Part shown: positions 40,590 to 50,671 of the stretch, piece by piece
How positions within the stretch are numbered: position 1 is the first letter of the stretch
How the letters are laid out: every line of letters starts with the position of its first letter
NCBI GenBank assembly: GCA_963704885.1
Contig: CAVPIB010000001.1
Span: 986,647 to 1,050,646 of the forward strand
From: an uncultured Actinomycetes bacterium
GTDB lineage: Bacteria; Actinomycetota; UBA4738; HRBIN12
Length of the DNA stretch: 64,000 bases
Direction: 5' to 3'
The notes under the pieces: model-generated
The model's input: the letters and a program-made list of their open reading frames with translations, nothing else
Told to the model about the DNA's origin: nothing
The model's database searches: none
Program-made: the position numbers and the translations under genes

Positions 40590-41561
40590 GTGAGTCTCCC
40601 CGAGCCCGCCGTGGGCGAAACTACCGCTGCCTTCCGTCGTCTGGTCGAGAACGTCGAGCGGGTGATCGCGGGCAATCCCGTAGTGGTTGAGACCGCCGCG
40701 ATCTGTCTGCTGGCAGAGGGCAACCTCCTTCTGGAGGGTGTCCCCGGAGTGGGCAAGACCATGCTCGCGCGCGCTCTGGCCAGGTCTATCGGCGGGGAGT
40801 TCAGCCGGATCCAGGCGACGCCCGATCTGTTGCCCTCCGACATCACCGGCATCAGCGTCTACGACCAGGGCCGCCACGAGTTCCGGTTCCAGCCGGGTCC
40901 GATCTTCGCGAACGTGGTCCTGGTCGATGAGATCAACCGGACCACACCGCGCACGCAGTCGGCGTTGCTCGAGCCGATGGAGGAGCGGCAGGTGACGGTG
41001 GAAGGCGTGACCCACCCACTGCCGGCTCCCTTCGTCGTCATGGCGACCGAGAACCCGATCGAGCAGCACGGCACGTATCCGTTGCCCGAGGGACAGCTGG
41101 ACCGCTTCTCGCTGACGGTCTCGGTCGGATACCCGGAACGGGCACGCGCCGCCGAGATCGTGCGGCGCCAGCTCCTGCGGCACCCGATCGAGGATCTGGA
41201 GCCGGTGCTGGGCCCCGACGACATCGTGGCGTGCCAGCGGGCCGTGCGCGAGGTCCACGTCGACCAGACCGTGATCGATTACGTGGTTTCCCTGGTCCAC
41301 GCGACCCGGACCGCGCCCGAGATAGCGCTCGGCGCGTCGCCGCGAGCTACGGTCGCGCTCACCCGGTGCGCGCAGGCCCGCGCGATCAGCGAAGGGCGGG
41401 ATTTCGTTCTCCCGGACGACGTAAAGGCATTGGCGCCGGCGGCGCTGGCGCACCGGCTGATCCCGCGGCAGGGCCGCACGTCGGCGGGTGTCGGCAGAGA
41501 GGTCGTCCGTCGCGTCCTAGAAGAGGTCACGGTCCCGCTCGGGGTCGTCGGGAGGTCCTGA
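40590..41561 (+). CDS. MoxR-family AAA+ ATPase
   Basis: LLEGVPGVGKT, RIQATPDLLPSDITG, DEINR, TQSALLE, GTYPLPEGQLDRF, LGASPR. Confidence 0.95.
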   Translation: MSLPEPAVGETTAAFRRLVENVERVIAGNPVVVETAAICLLAEGNLLLEGVPGVGKTMLARALARSIGGEFSRIQATPDLLPSDITGISVYDQGRHEFRFQPGPIFANVVLVDEINRTTPRTQSALLEPMEERQVTVEGVTHPLPAPFVVMATENPIEQHGTYPLPEGQLDRFSLTVSVGYPERARAAEIVRRQLLRHPIEDLEPVLGPDDIVACQRAVREVHVDQTVIDYVVSLVHATRTAPEIALGASPRATVALTRCAQARAISEGRDFVLPDDVKALAPAALAHRLIPRQGRTSAGVGREVVRRVLEEVTVPLGVVGRS

Positions 41562-41563
41562 GC

Positions 41564-42787
41564 ATGCGCCTGCGCAAGCGGGCAGCCGCTCTCACGCTGG
41601 GCGCCGGCGTCCTGTTCCTGCTCGGCACCAACGTCCAGGCAGGGTGGCTCTACGTGATGTGCGCACTCCTGCTGGGAACGGTCGTGGCGGGCGTGCTGCT
41701 TCCGAGCCGGATGCTCCGGGGGGTCGAGGTCGAGCGTCTCGCCCCGGAGGAGGTCGAGCAGGGCGCCGACGTCCCCGTCGAGCTGATCGTTTCGAGCAGA
41801 GCCCGAGGTGTGCGACTCGGCCTCCGCATCGACGACCAACACATCGCTCCGACCAGCCTGTACGTGACCTCGGTCCTGCCCGGCGAACGGGTGGAGCTGG
41901 TCACCGCGCGCCTGGCAGCCAAGCGGGGCGTGCATGAGGGGTCCACCGTCGTGGTGCGGTCGACGGCGCCGTTCGGCGTAGCCGAACGGCGCCGGAAGTT
42001 GAAGGTGGCGGGCAGCACGACCGTGCTGCCCGCCGTCATCCCCCTGAGCCACCTACCGTTCGTGAGCCGGGCCTCCGACGTCGCGCGCGCGTCCAGCCGA
42101 ACGTCGCGGCGAGGTGGCGGTCCGGAGTACCTGGGTGTGCGTGAGTACCGGGCCGGCGACAGCCCGCGGCACGTTCACTGGCCCTCCACCGCACGTACCG
42201 GAACGATCATGGTTCGCGAGCTGGAGGAGGAGCGCTCCCGGCGGCTGGCCATCCTCGTGGACACGCTGACGGATGTCGGGGACGTGGGCACGCCGCTCGA
42301 TGCCTGCTGCACCGCGGCGGCGTCCATCGCACGTTGTGCGTTCAACGAGGGTCATGCGATCCGGTCGCTATCCGCCGTGGCCCCGCGCGGCCAGATCGAG
42401 GCGGCCGACGAGATCGACGAAACCTCGTTCCGCAGACGGCTGGCGCGCCTCCAGCCCAACGGGATCGCCATGGCGGCCGCGGTAGAGGAGGCAGCCACCG
42501 CCCTGTCCGGCGTGGATGAGGTGGTCCTGCTCTTCCCCACGTGGCGGACCAACGGCGATCCCGCGCTCGTACGCGCCGTGGAGGCGCTCGCCGGCGCTCG
42601 TGCGCATGTGGTGGCCGTCGTCGTGGAGGTCGGCCCCGAGGACTCCCGGCGGGTGGCCGCCCTTCGCCCGGACGAGGTCGACGAGGTCGAAGCCGCGCTT
42701 GCGCGAGCCGGTGCAGAGGTCTTCACGTGGCGGCGAGGGCAGCCGCTGCCGGAAGCGCTGATGGTCGAGGCGGCGATGGCGCTGTGA
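41564..42787 (+). CDS. DUF58 (vWA-like) protein
   Basis: N-terminal TM pair; GVREYRAGDSPRHVHWPSTARTG. Confidence 0.9.
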   Translation: MRLRKRAAALTLGAGVLFLLGTNVQAGWLYVMCALLLGTVVAGVLLPSRMLRGVEVERLAPEEVEQGADVPVELIVSSRARGVRLGLRIDDQHIAPTSLYVTSVLPGERVELVTARLAAKRGVHEGSTVVVRSTAPFGVAERRRKLKVAGSTTVLPAVIPLSHLPFVSRASDVARASSRTSRRGGGPEYLGVREYRAGDSPRHVHWPSTARTGTIMVRELEEERSRRLAILVDTLTDVGDVGTPLDACCTAAASIARCAFNEGHAIRSLSAVAPRGQIEAADEIDETSFRRRLARLQPNGIAMAAAVEEAATALSGVDEVVLLFPTWRTNGDPALVRAVEALAGARAHVVAVVVEVGPEDSRRVAALRPDEVDEVEAALARAGAEVFTWRRGQPLPEALMVEAAMAL

Positions 42788-44976
42788 GCACGGGTCAGAG
42801 GATCTTGGCGCGCCTGCGGCCGACAGCCGGCCCTCCTGAGGACTCCGTCCCCATGCGACTGGCCGTCGCCGGGACGGTCGAGGTGGCGATCCTGGCGGTC
42901 GTGTTGCAGGGAGGCGTGAGCGGGTTAGCCGCGATCCTGCCGCTGCTCCTTGCGCCGCTCGGTTACTACTTCTCCTACACGCAGCGCCACCGTTCGAACA
43001 TCACCACGAAGGTCCTGCTGTCGATCGGCCTGCTCGCGGCGTTCGCTCAGTTCCTGCAGAGCGTCCGCCTGGCCGGCTCCGTGGACCAGGCGCGCGTGCC
43101 GCTCGCTACGTTGTTCCTGTGGGTCCAGGTGCTGCACGCGTTCGACGTGCCCCGTCGTCGGGACCTCGCCTTCTCGGTGGTCTCGAGCGTGATCCTCATG
43201 GCCGAGGCGGGGGCGCTGTCCCTATCGTCCTCGTTCGCGGTGTTGCTCCTGCCCTGGTCGGTCCTGGCGGGCTTCTGGCTCTTCGTGTCGAGCCGACCTC
43301 CGGGCGGCGCCACGGTGCAGCCGGTCGCCATCCGTCGCAGACCTTCGCCGGGGGGGACGATCCTCGCGCCTTTGCGGACGGCGGCCGGTACCGGGGTGAT
43401 CGTGCTGGCCGCGAGCGCCCTGGTCTTCATGGCGATCCCACGACTACCGGGCGGCCTCATCCGATCGCTCCCGTTCTCCCTCACCGGACCCGCCTCGGCC
43501 ATCGAGGGATTCTCGGGCGGCGTAGAGAATCCGGAGCTGCCCTCGCAGGCCGGGAACGGCGTCGTGGACTTCGCTTCCGATGCGTACCCGGGGTTCAGTG
43601 ACGTCGTGGACCTACGGGCTCGCGGTCGTCTCTCGGACCAGATCGCGTTCCGCGTCCGTTCGCCGCAGGCGGCGCTCTGGCGCGCCGGAGCCTTCGACAC
43701 CTATGACGGAACGCGGTGGACGATCGCCGATCCGGCGACTCAGCCCCTGACGAGCTGGGGTGACTCGCCCGGCGCTATGGCGCTGCCGCCGTCGCTCACC
43801 CAGAGCATCGGGCCCGTACCCACGGTCAAGATCACCCAGACCTTCTACGTGGATACTCCTCAGCCCAACGTTCTGTTCGCGGCCGCGGTTCCCCAGCAGG
43901 TCTTCTTCCCTTCGGGAGGCCTGCAGGCGGATCGGTACGGATCGATCCGGTCGCCGATCCTGTTGGACGAAGGGCTCGTCTACTCAGTGATCTCCGAGGT
44001 GCCGGTCACCGACGCCGTCACCCTGCGTAGCGTTCGCACCCCGTCGGCGGCGCTCGTGGATCCTCAGTACCTCCAGCTCCCCGTCGATCTGCCACAGCGG
44101 GTGGTGGATCTGGCGCGAGAGATCACCGCCGGCGCCACCAACGAGTACGACCGGGTCGAGGCGGTTCAGGCTTGGCTGCGGACGAACACGAGATACGACC
44201 TGGACGTCCCGCGGGATCCGGCCGGCGTGGACGCGGTGGACCACTTCCTGTTCGTCACGCGTGTCGGCTTCTGCGAGCAGATCGCGAGCTCGCTCGCCGT
44301 CTTACTGCGCGCACTTGGGATCCCCACGCGCCTGGTAACCGGCTACGGCCCCGGCGAGCGCAATCCGTTGACCGGGTACTTCGAGGTCCGTCAGTCCGAT
44401 GCCCACGCGTGGGTCGAGGTGCTGTACCCGGGGATCGGATGGGTTCCTTACGACCCCACGTTCGGCGTGCCTGAGGCGGCACCCGGCGCGAGCAGCCGCT
44501 TCATCGCCGGCGAGGTCCTGGCCGCCGTAGGCCGCTTCGTGTCGAGCGTCGTGCCCGAACCGGTCAGACGGCTGTTCCACGACGCGGCGGTCGGGCTGGG
44601 TGTGGTGTGGGATCGGCTCCAGAGCGCCTGGCCGCTGGTGGTCGGTTCCCTCACGCTCGCGGTCTGGCTGCTGATAGTTCGCCGGCGACGCCGAGCCCTC
44701 GGTCCGGCCCAACCCGTGGCGCTTGGGGCTTACCTGGATCTCGCGCAGGTGCTCGCGAGCCGAGGACATCCGCTGGTGGAGCACGCCACGCCTCGCGAGT
44801 ACCTGTACGCGGTAACCAAGGACCCCGCGATCGAGCGATCGATCGTGTCGGAGGCCGAGGTGGTCGTGGCCACGCTCGAGCGCGACCGGTTCTCGGGCCA
44901 CCCAGCAGCCGACGCCGATCTGGCTCGGGCGAAGCAGGCGGTCACACGGGTCCGTGAGCTGGTCGCGAACCGCTGA
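42784..44976 (+). CDS. Membrane transglutaminase-like protein (TgpA family, DUF3488/DUF4129)
   Basis: Catalytic triad GFCEQIAS / HAWVEV / YDPT; TM N-terminus; GTGA overlap. Confidence 0.92.
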   Translation: MSTGQRILARLRPTAGPPEDSVPMRLAVAGTVEVAILAVVLQGGVSGLAAILPLLLAPLGYYFSYTQRHRSNITTKVLLSIGLLAAFAQFLQSVRLAGSVDQARVPLATLFLWVQVLHAFDVPRRRDLAFSVVSSVILMAEAGALSLSSSFAVLLLPWSVLAGFWLFVSSRPPGGATVQPVAIRRRPSPGGTILAPLRTAAGTGVIVLAASALVFMAIPRLPGGLIRSLPFSLTGPASAIEGFSGGVENPELPSQAGNGVVDFASDAYPGFSDVVDLRARGRLSDQIAFRVRSPQAALWRAGAFDTYDGTRWTIADPATQPLTSWGDSPGAMALPPSLTQSIGPVPTVKITQTFYVDTPQPNVLFAAAVPQQVFFPSGGLQADRYGSIRSPILLDEGLVYSVISEVPVTDAVTLRSVRTPSAALVDPQYLQLPVDLPQRVVDLAREITAGATNEYDRVEAVQAWLRTNTRYDLDVPRDPAGVDAVDHFLFVTRVGFCEQIASSLAVLLRALGIPTRLVTGYGPGERNPLTGYFEVRQSDAHAWVEVLYPGIGWVPYDPTFGVPEAAPGASSRFIAGEVLAAVGRFVSSVVPEPVRRLFHDAAVGLGVVWDRLQSAWPLVVGSLTLAVWLLIVRRRRRALGPAQPVALGAYLDLAQVLASRGHPLVEHATPREYLYAVTKDPAIERSIVSEAEVVVATLERDRFSGHPAADADLARAKQAVTRVRELVANR

Positions 44977-45019
44977 CCTCAGTGCCGACGCGGCGCGCGG
45001 AACGCGGTAGCGTGCCGTC

Positions 45020-45226
45020 ATGTGCAGAAGCATCAAGACGCTCCGCCGGGCCGACGAGCCGGCCACCGACGAAGAGATCCGCGCCGCCGCGCTGCAATTC
45101 GTGCGGAAGGTGAGCGGGTACCGGGAGCCCTCCCGTAAGAACACCGAGGCGTTCGTGGCGGCTGTGGACGAAGTGGCCGAGGCCTCGCGCCGGCTCTTGG
45201 ACTCCGTCGCACCCACCTCGGGCTGA
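45020..45226 (+). CDS. DUF2277 family small protein
   Basis: MCRSIKTLR…ATDEEIRAAALQFVRKVSG…PS.KN.EAF. Confidence 0.88.
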   Translation: MCRSIKTLRRADEPATDEEIRAAALQFVRKVSGYREPSRKNTEAFVAAVDEVAEASRRLLDSVAPTSG

Positions 45227-45254
45227 GGCGCCCGGCGCCGCTACGATGGGCGCC

Positions 45255-46646
45255 ATGTACCCGCTCGATCCCAAGCCCGAGGACATGCGCGCCATGGGCG
45301 AGGCGGTCGTCGACTACCTGGTCGATTTCGTCCAGGGGCTCGATGACGCGCCGGCCGAGGCGACGGAGGGCGGGATCGAGCTCGCCCGCGAGCTGCGCGG
45401 CGGGCCTCCCGAGATCGGCGGCGACTTCGACGAGCTCTTCGACCAGGTGAAGTCCGCCGCGAGCAAGACCTACGAGTTCGCCGGGCCGGGGTATCTCGCC
45501 TACATCCCGGGCGGCGGTCTGTATACCGCGGCCCTCGCGGAGTTCCTCGCACAGGGCGTCAACCGGTTCATCAACTTGTGGCAGCCCTCGCCGGCGCTCG
45601 TCCAGATCGAGCAGAACGTGGTGCGGTGGCTCTGCGATCTCTTCGCCTACCCGGAGGACGCTCGCGGCTTGCTCACGTCGGGCGGTTCCATGGCGAACTT
45701 CTCCGCGATCGTCACCGCACGCCACACGAGACTCGGTGAGGACTTCCTGGATGGCACCTACTACGTCAGCGAACAGGTCCACGCGAGCGTTGCGAAGGCG
45801 GCGAACCTCGCCGGCTTCTCCGAGCGGAACCTGCGTCTGGTGCCGACCGACTCCGAGCTCCGTATGGACCCCGGGGCGCTGCGCGAGATGATCGCCGTCG
45901 ATCGTGCGGCGGGGCTGCGCCCGTTCCTGGTGGTGCCATCGGCGGGGACCACGAACACGGGTGCGATCGATCCCCTGGATGCCATCGCGGATATCGCGCG
46001 GGACCATGGCCTCTGGATGCACGTCGACGCTGCCTACGGGGGCTTCTTCCAGTTGACCGAACGCGGGCGCGAGCGCTTCCACGGGATCACGCGCGCCGAC
46101 TCCGTGACGCTCGATCCTCATAAGGGCCTGTTCCTGCCGTACGGGATGGGAGCGCTCGTGGTGCGCGACGGTGCGGCGCTGCGTGACGCGCACTACGAAG
46201 GCGCCGCCTATCTCCAGGACCTGGCGCCCGAGGGCGAGCTCCCGAACTTCACGGAGTACTCGCCGGAGCTCTCACGAGCCAACCGCGGCCTGCGCGTGTG
46301 GGTGCCGCTCAAGCTCCACGGCGTCTCGGCGTTCCGCGAGGCGCTCGACGAGAAGCTCGATCTCACCGATCACCTGTTCGCGGCCCTGCAGGAGATGCCG
46401 AACGTGGAGGTCCCATGGTCGCCTCAGCTCACGGTGGTTCCGTTCCGACTGCGCGGGGCCGACGAGGCCACGAACCAACGGTTCCTCGAGGCGATCAACG
46501 CCTCGAAGCGCGTCCTATTGTCCAGCACGAAGGTGCACGGTGAGTACATCCTCCGCGCGTGCATCGTGAGCCACCGGACCCATCGCGACCGCATCGACGA
46601 GTGCATCCAGATCGTCGGGGACGTGGCCGCCCAGGTCGGTGCCTGA
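45255..46646 (+). CDS. PLP-dependent group II (aromatic-L-amino-acid-like) decarboxylase
   Basis: [32 protein letters not shown](PLP-Lys)GLF; TACGAT -10 7 nt before ATG 45255. Confidence 0.9.
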   Translation: MYPLDPKPEDMRAMGEAVVDYLVDFVQGLDDAPAEATEGGIELARELRGGPPEIGGDFDELFDQVKSAASKTYEFAGPGYLAYIPGGGLYTAALAEFLAQGVNRFINLWQPSPALVQIEQNVVRWLCDLFAYPEDARGLLTSGGSMANFSAIVTARHTRLGEDFLDGTYYVSEQVHASVAKAANLAGFSERNLRLVPTDSELRMDPGALREMIAVDRAAGLRPFLVVPSAGTTNTGAIDPLDAIADIARDHGLWMHVDAAYGGFFQLTERGRERFHGITRADSVTLDPHKGLFLPYGMGALVVRDGAALRDAHYEGAAYLQDLAPEGELPNFTEYSPELSRANRGLRVWVPLKLHGVSAFREALDEKLDLTDHLFAALQEMPNVEVPWSPQLTVVPFRLRGADEATNQRFLEAINASKRVLLSSTKVHGEYILRACIVSHRTHRDRIDECIQIVGDVAAQVGA

Positions 46647-47472
46647 GCTCCCGGAGATCCAGGGGTTGGTCGAGCGGCTGGATGCCGCTCTCGCGGGTGC
46701 GACGCTCGAGGGGCTCGACCTGCTGCAGTTCTCCTCGCTCAAGACGTTCGCGCCTCGGCCGGAAGAGCTGCTCGGTCGGAACCTCGACCGAGTGACGCGC
46801 CGCGGCAAGTTCACCGTGATGTGGTTCGGAGGACCGCGGATGCTGTTCCACCTGTCGCAGGGCGGCCGCGTGGACCTGGAGGATCCACCGAAGGCCACCA
46901 AGCCGCGCGGGAAGGTGCTACGGATCCGGTTCGCCGAACACCCCTCGGTGCTGATCAAGGAGTTCGGGACACAGCGCAAGGCCGGCTGGTGGGTGCTCGC
47001 GGAGGGCGACGACGGACCACTCGCGAAGCTCGGTCCCGAGGTGTTGTCCGATGAGTTCCCCGATTGGGTCCGCCAAACCGACGACGCGCGACGCGTCCAC
47101 ACGATCCTTCGCGATCAACGAACGGTGGCCGGGGTCGGCCGTGGCTACAGCGACGACATCTTGCATCGCGCACGGATGTCGCCGTACGCGTCCCTCGGCA
47201 AGCTCGCGCCCGACGAGCGCGGGGCGCTCCTGGATGCCACGACCGAAGTGCTCGATGCGGCCCTGGGGGTCGAGCGTGGGCGGACGGGCGGCCTGCCGAC
47301 CAAGCTCGGCGACCATTTCGTCGTGCACGGCAAGTACGGCGAGCCGTGCCCACGGTGCGGCGAGGATCTTCGTCGCGTGAGCTACGAGTCTCACGAGGTC
47401 ACGTACTGCCCGGCGTGTCAGACCGGAGGGAAGATCCTGGCCGACCGCAGGCTCTCACGACTGATCCGTTAG
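46639..47472 (+). CDS. Fpg/Nei-family DNA glycosylase/AP lyase
   Basis: N-terminal PELPE, RRGK, H2[15 protein letters not shown], zinc finger CPRC…CPACQ. Confidence 0.93.
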   Translation: MPELPEIQGLVERLDAALAGATLEGLDLLQFSSLKTFAPRPEELLGRNLDRVTRRGKFTVMWFGGPRMLFHLSQGGRVDLEDPPKATKPRGKVLRIRFAEHPSVLIKEFGTQRKAGWWVLAEGDDGPLAKLGPEVLSDEFPDWVRQTDDARRVHTILRDQRTVAGVGRGYSDDILHRARMSPYASLGKLAPDERGALLDATTEVLDAALGVERGRTGGLPTKLGDHFVVHGKYGEPCPRCGEDLRRVSYESHEVTYCPACQTGGKILADRRLSRLIR

Positions 47473-47494
47473 TTGCGCCGACGCCCCTCGGCGT

Positions 47495-47522
47495 TGCTAT
47501 AGTGACCACATAGGTAGTCACT
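47495..47522 (+). promoter_or_regulatory. TA promoter (extended -10 TGcTATAGT) with overlapping palindromic operator
   Basis: AGTGACCAC-atag-GTAGTCACT at 47501-47522 (1 mismatch), directly before the antitoxin SD. Confidence 0.7.
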
Positions 47523-47542
47523 TCGCGGAGGAAGGTGGGCTG

Positions 47543-47779
47543 ATGGCTGAGATCGGCGTGAAGGAGCTCAAGGCGACCGCGTCGGCGGTCATCGACGACG
47601 TGGAGGGCGGGGCCGCCTACGTCGTGACGAGGCGTGGCCGTCCGGCGGCGGTGCTCCTGCCCGTCGATGAGGCCGAAGACCTGGTCCTCGCCAACGCCGA
47701 CGAGTACATCCGTCTCCGGCGCCAAGCGCGGGCCGCTCACGCGAAGGGCAGCTCGACGAAGCTGAAGGATCTGGACTGA
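47543..47779 (+). CDS. Phd/YefM-family antitoxin
   Basis: IGVKELKA…VIDDV…YVVTRRGRPAAVLLP. Confidence 0.9.
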   Translation: MAEIGVKELKATASAVIDDVEGGAAYVVTRRGRPAAVLLPVDEAEDLVLANADEYIRLRRQARAAHAKGSSTKLKDLD

Positions 47780-48072
47780 GCGCCTACGACGTCGAGCTGT
47801 CGCCCGCAGCCGTCCGCACCTTCAAGAAGCTGGATCCGAACGTCAAGAAGCGGATCAAGGTGGCGCTCGAGAAGCTGGCGGCGGACGTGGCGAGGCCCGG
47901 TTGCGTCGGCGGGAAGACCGTCAAGACGATCCACGGCGTCAGCGACTCCTTCCACCGGCTGCGCGTCGGCGACCATCGGATCATGTACGACGTCTCGGAA
48001 GAGGAGCGGATCGTGCTGATACTCGGCATCGTCCATCGGGGCGACCTCGAGCGCTGGATCCGCAACCGGTGA
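47776..48072 (+). CDS. RelE/ParE-family toxin, probable CTG start
   Basis: (L)SAYDVELSPAAVRTFKKLDP…RLRVGDHRIMYDV…ILGIVHRGD; CTGA overlap with antitoxin stop; GAAGGA 6 nt upstream. Confidence 0.88.
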   Translation: MSAYDVELSPAAVRTFKKLDPNVKKRIKVALEKLAADVARPGCVGGKTVKTIHGVSDSFHRLRVGDHRIMYDVSEEERIVLILGIVHRGDLERWIRNR

Positions 48073-49356
48073 CGAACTCCGGCGGACCGCCCGACGACAG
48101 GCCGGGCCTCCTCGCTCGCGCCCGCGGGCACCTGATGGATCTCACTCCACTCCGGGAGTCGCGGGAGTTCCGACTGCTCTTCACGGGTAAGTCGATCTCC
48201 GACTTCGGCGACGAGATCGTGGCGACCGTCGTTCCGTTCCAGGTCTTCCAGCTGACCCACTCGACGCTCGCCGTGGGACTGCTCGGACTCGCTCAGCTGG
48301 TGCCGGTCTTCGTGATGCCGATCCTCGGAGGGGCGTTCGCCGATGCGGTCGAACGCCGCCGGTTCGTCATCGTGATGCATGCGATCCTCGCCGCGATGTC
48401 CGGGCTCATGGCTTGGAACGCCTCGCTCGAGCAACCGATGCTGTGGCCCCTCTACGTGTTCGCCACGATCTCCGCTGGCCTATACACGTTCAACCGGCCG
48501 GCGATGTCCACCTGGCCGGCGCGCCTCTTGCCGCGCGAGCTGCTGCCGTCGTCCAACGCCCTCGAAGCCGGCTTGGGCACCCTCGCGGGGATGGCGGGTC
48601 CGGTCTTGGCCGGCGTGCTGATCCTCACCATCCAGCCGGCGGGCGCGTTCATGGTCGACGCCGTCTCGTTCCTGGTCGTGGTCGCGATGGTCTGGCAGAT
48701 GAAGCCGTCGCCCTCCAACCCATGAAGACGCCTCGGTGAGCTGGTCGGCGATCGTCGACGGGTTCCGATTCGTGAAGGGCAAGCACACGATCCAGTCGGT
48801 GTTCGCGATCGACCTGAACGCCATGATCTTCGGGTTCCCTATAGCCCTGTTCCCGGCGATCGCCGAAGGATTGGGGCACGGGTCGGGGGCTGGTGTCTTG
48901 GGACTCCTGTATGCGGCGCCGGCACTGGGGGCCTTCCTGGCCACGACCTTCTCGGGCCGGGCCAAGCACGTCCGTCGGCAGGGCCGCGCCATCATGCTCG
49001 CCGTGACCGTTTGGGGCGCAGCCATCGTGGCCTTCGGGTTCTCGGACACGCTCTGGTTCTCGCTCGCGATGCTCGCGATCGCCGGAGCCGGCGACATGGT
49101 GAGCGGCATCTTCCGGATGACGATCTTGCAGGCGGCCGTCGAGGACTCGGTGCGCGGCCGGCTGGACGGCATAGGGATGGCGGTGTGGGCGACCGGCCCG
49201 TCGCTAGGGAACCTGGAGTCGGGCATCGTGGCGTCGATCTGGAGCGTGCCCGTGAGTGTCGTCTCGGGCGGCGTGCTCACGGTCGTCGGCGTCGGTGTTC
49301 TTCGCCTGCTCGCTCCGGGTCTCTCGCGGTACGACGCTGAACATCCGACGGCGTGA
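48069..49356 (+). CDS. MFS transporter (EntS/MFS_3-like); frameshift near 48715
   Basis: DLTPLR.SREFRLL, GAFADAVERRR, DLNAMIFG.P.ALFP, RGRLDG across two frames. Confidence 0.85.
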
Positions 49357-49384
49357 TCATGCCGGCGGGCTACATACTCTGGCC

Positions 49385-50104
49385 ATGACGTGTACGCCGG
49401 AACACACAACGGTTCCCGCGCCCCGATACGACGTCGACGCGGACGAGGCGCTCCGGGTCTCGCGCGGCTTCCTCGAGACCATGGCGGGGCGCCGCACGAT
49501 CCGTGACTTCTCGGACCGTCGCGTGGACCCCGAGCTGATCCGCAACGCCGTCGCGACCGCGGCCACGGCGCCCTCGGGCGCGAACCGTCAGCCCTGGCGG
49601 TTCGTCGTGGTGAGCGACCCGGCGCTCAAGCTCCGGATCCGCGAGGGCGCGGAGGAGGAGGAGCGGGCGTTCTACGAGGCGCCACACTCCGAGTGGCACG
49701 ACGCGCTCGCGCCGTTGGGAACCGACTGGCGCAAGCCCATGCTCGAGGATGCGCCGTTCCTGATCGTCGTCTTCGAGATCCACGGCGGCGCCGGCGAGGC
49801 GAAGCCCTACTACGCGAAGGAGTCGGTCGGCATCGCGGTCGGCTTGTTGCTCGCGTCCTTGCACCAGGCGGGGCTCGCGACGCTGACCCATACCCCGAGC
49901 CCGATGCGGTTCCTGAACGAGATCTTGGACCGACCGCGCAACGAGCGGCCGTTCGTGCTGATACCGGTCGGCTATCCGGCGGAGGACGCCACGGTCCCCG
50001 ACATCACCAGGAAGCCGATCGGCGAGGTGATGGTCTGGCTCGACGGCGACGGTTGGCGACGCTCGTGCGATAGGGTCCTCCGTCGTTCGGATCGTCCGGA
50101 GTAG
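49385..50104 (+). CDS. Nitroreductase superfamily, iodotyrosine deiodinase (IYD)-like
   Basis: RRTIRDFS, APSGANRQPW, AEEEERAFY, LAPLGTDWRKP.LE.AP, ESVGIA, TLTHTPSPM, VGYPA…VPD. Confidence 0.85.
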   Translation: MTCTPEHTTVPAPRYDVDADEALRVSRGFLETMAGRRTIRDFSDRRVDPELIRNAVATAATAPSGANRQPWRFVVVSDPALKLRIREGAEEEERAFYEAPHSEWHDALAPLGTDWRKPMLEDAPFLIVVFEIHGGAGEAKPYYAKESVGIAVGLLLASLHQAGLATLTHTPSPMRFLNEILDRPRNERPFVLIPVGYPAEDATVPDITRKPIGEVMVWLDGDGWRRSCDRVLRRSDRPE

Positions 50105-50116
50105 GAAGGGGATGAG

Positions 50117-50593
50117 GTGCTCGCGTTCAGTGCCGATGTCTACGACACGCTGAAGTTGGTGCACGTGCTATCCGCGATCGCATGGCTCGGGAGCGGGCTG
50201 TTCGTACAGTACCGTGGCTCCCGGCTCCGCCGCCACGGAACCCCGGAGCAGGTCGCCGGCCTGGCGAGGGACGTAGCGGACAGCACCCCTTGGTTCATCG
50301 TGGCATCCGTGAGCGTGCTCGTCTCGGGGATCGCCCTGGTGCTGTACGCGCCCGGGCTCGATTTCACCGACACGTGGATACTGATCGGCCTCATAGGGTA
50401 CGCGGGCACCTTCGTGACCGGGAACTTCGTCATCCGCCCGACCGCCGAGAAGCTCGCGGCGGCGGCGGCGAGCGAGGGACCGGCCTCTCCGACGGTCCAG
50501 GGCCTCATCTCGCGGATCTTCGCCATCTCTCGCGTCGATCAGTTCGTGTTGGTCTTGATAGTCGTGGACATGGTGTTCAAGCCGGGGGCGTAG
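50117..50593 (+). CDS. DUF2269-like membrane protein
   Basis: LKLVHVLSAIAWLG…4 TM…DMVFKP. Confidence 0.8.
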   Translation: MLAFSADVYDTLKLVHVLSAIAWLGSGLFVQYRGSRLRRHGTPEQVAGLARDVADSTPWFIVASVSVLVSGIALVLYAPGLDFTDTWILIGLIGYAGTFVTGNFVIRPTAEKLAAAAASEGPASPTVQGLISRIFAISRVDQFVLVLIVVDMVFKPGA

Positions 50594-50671
50594 ATAAGGG
50601 CCATGCTTGATCCGGCCATCGGCGGCGCCGGCGGTAGACTCCGCTTCCCATCCACCCTCCCAAGGAGCCCG

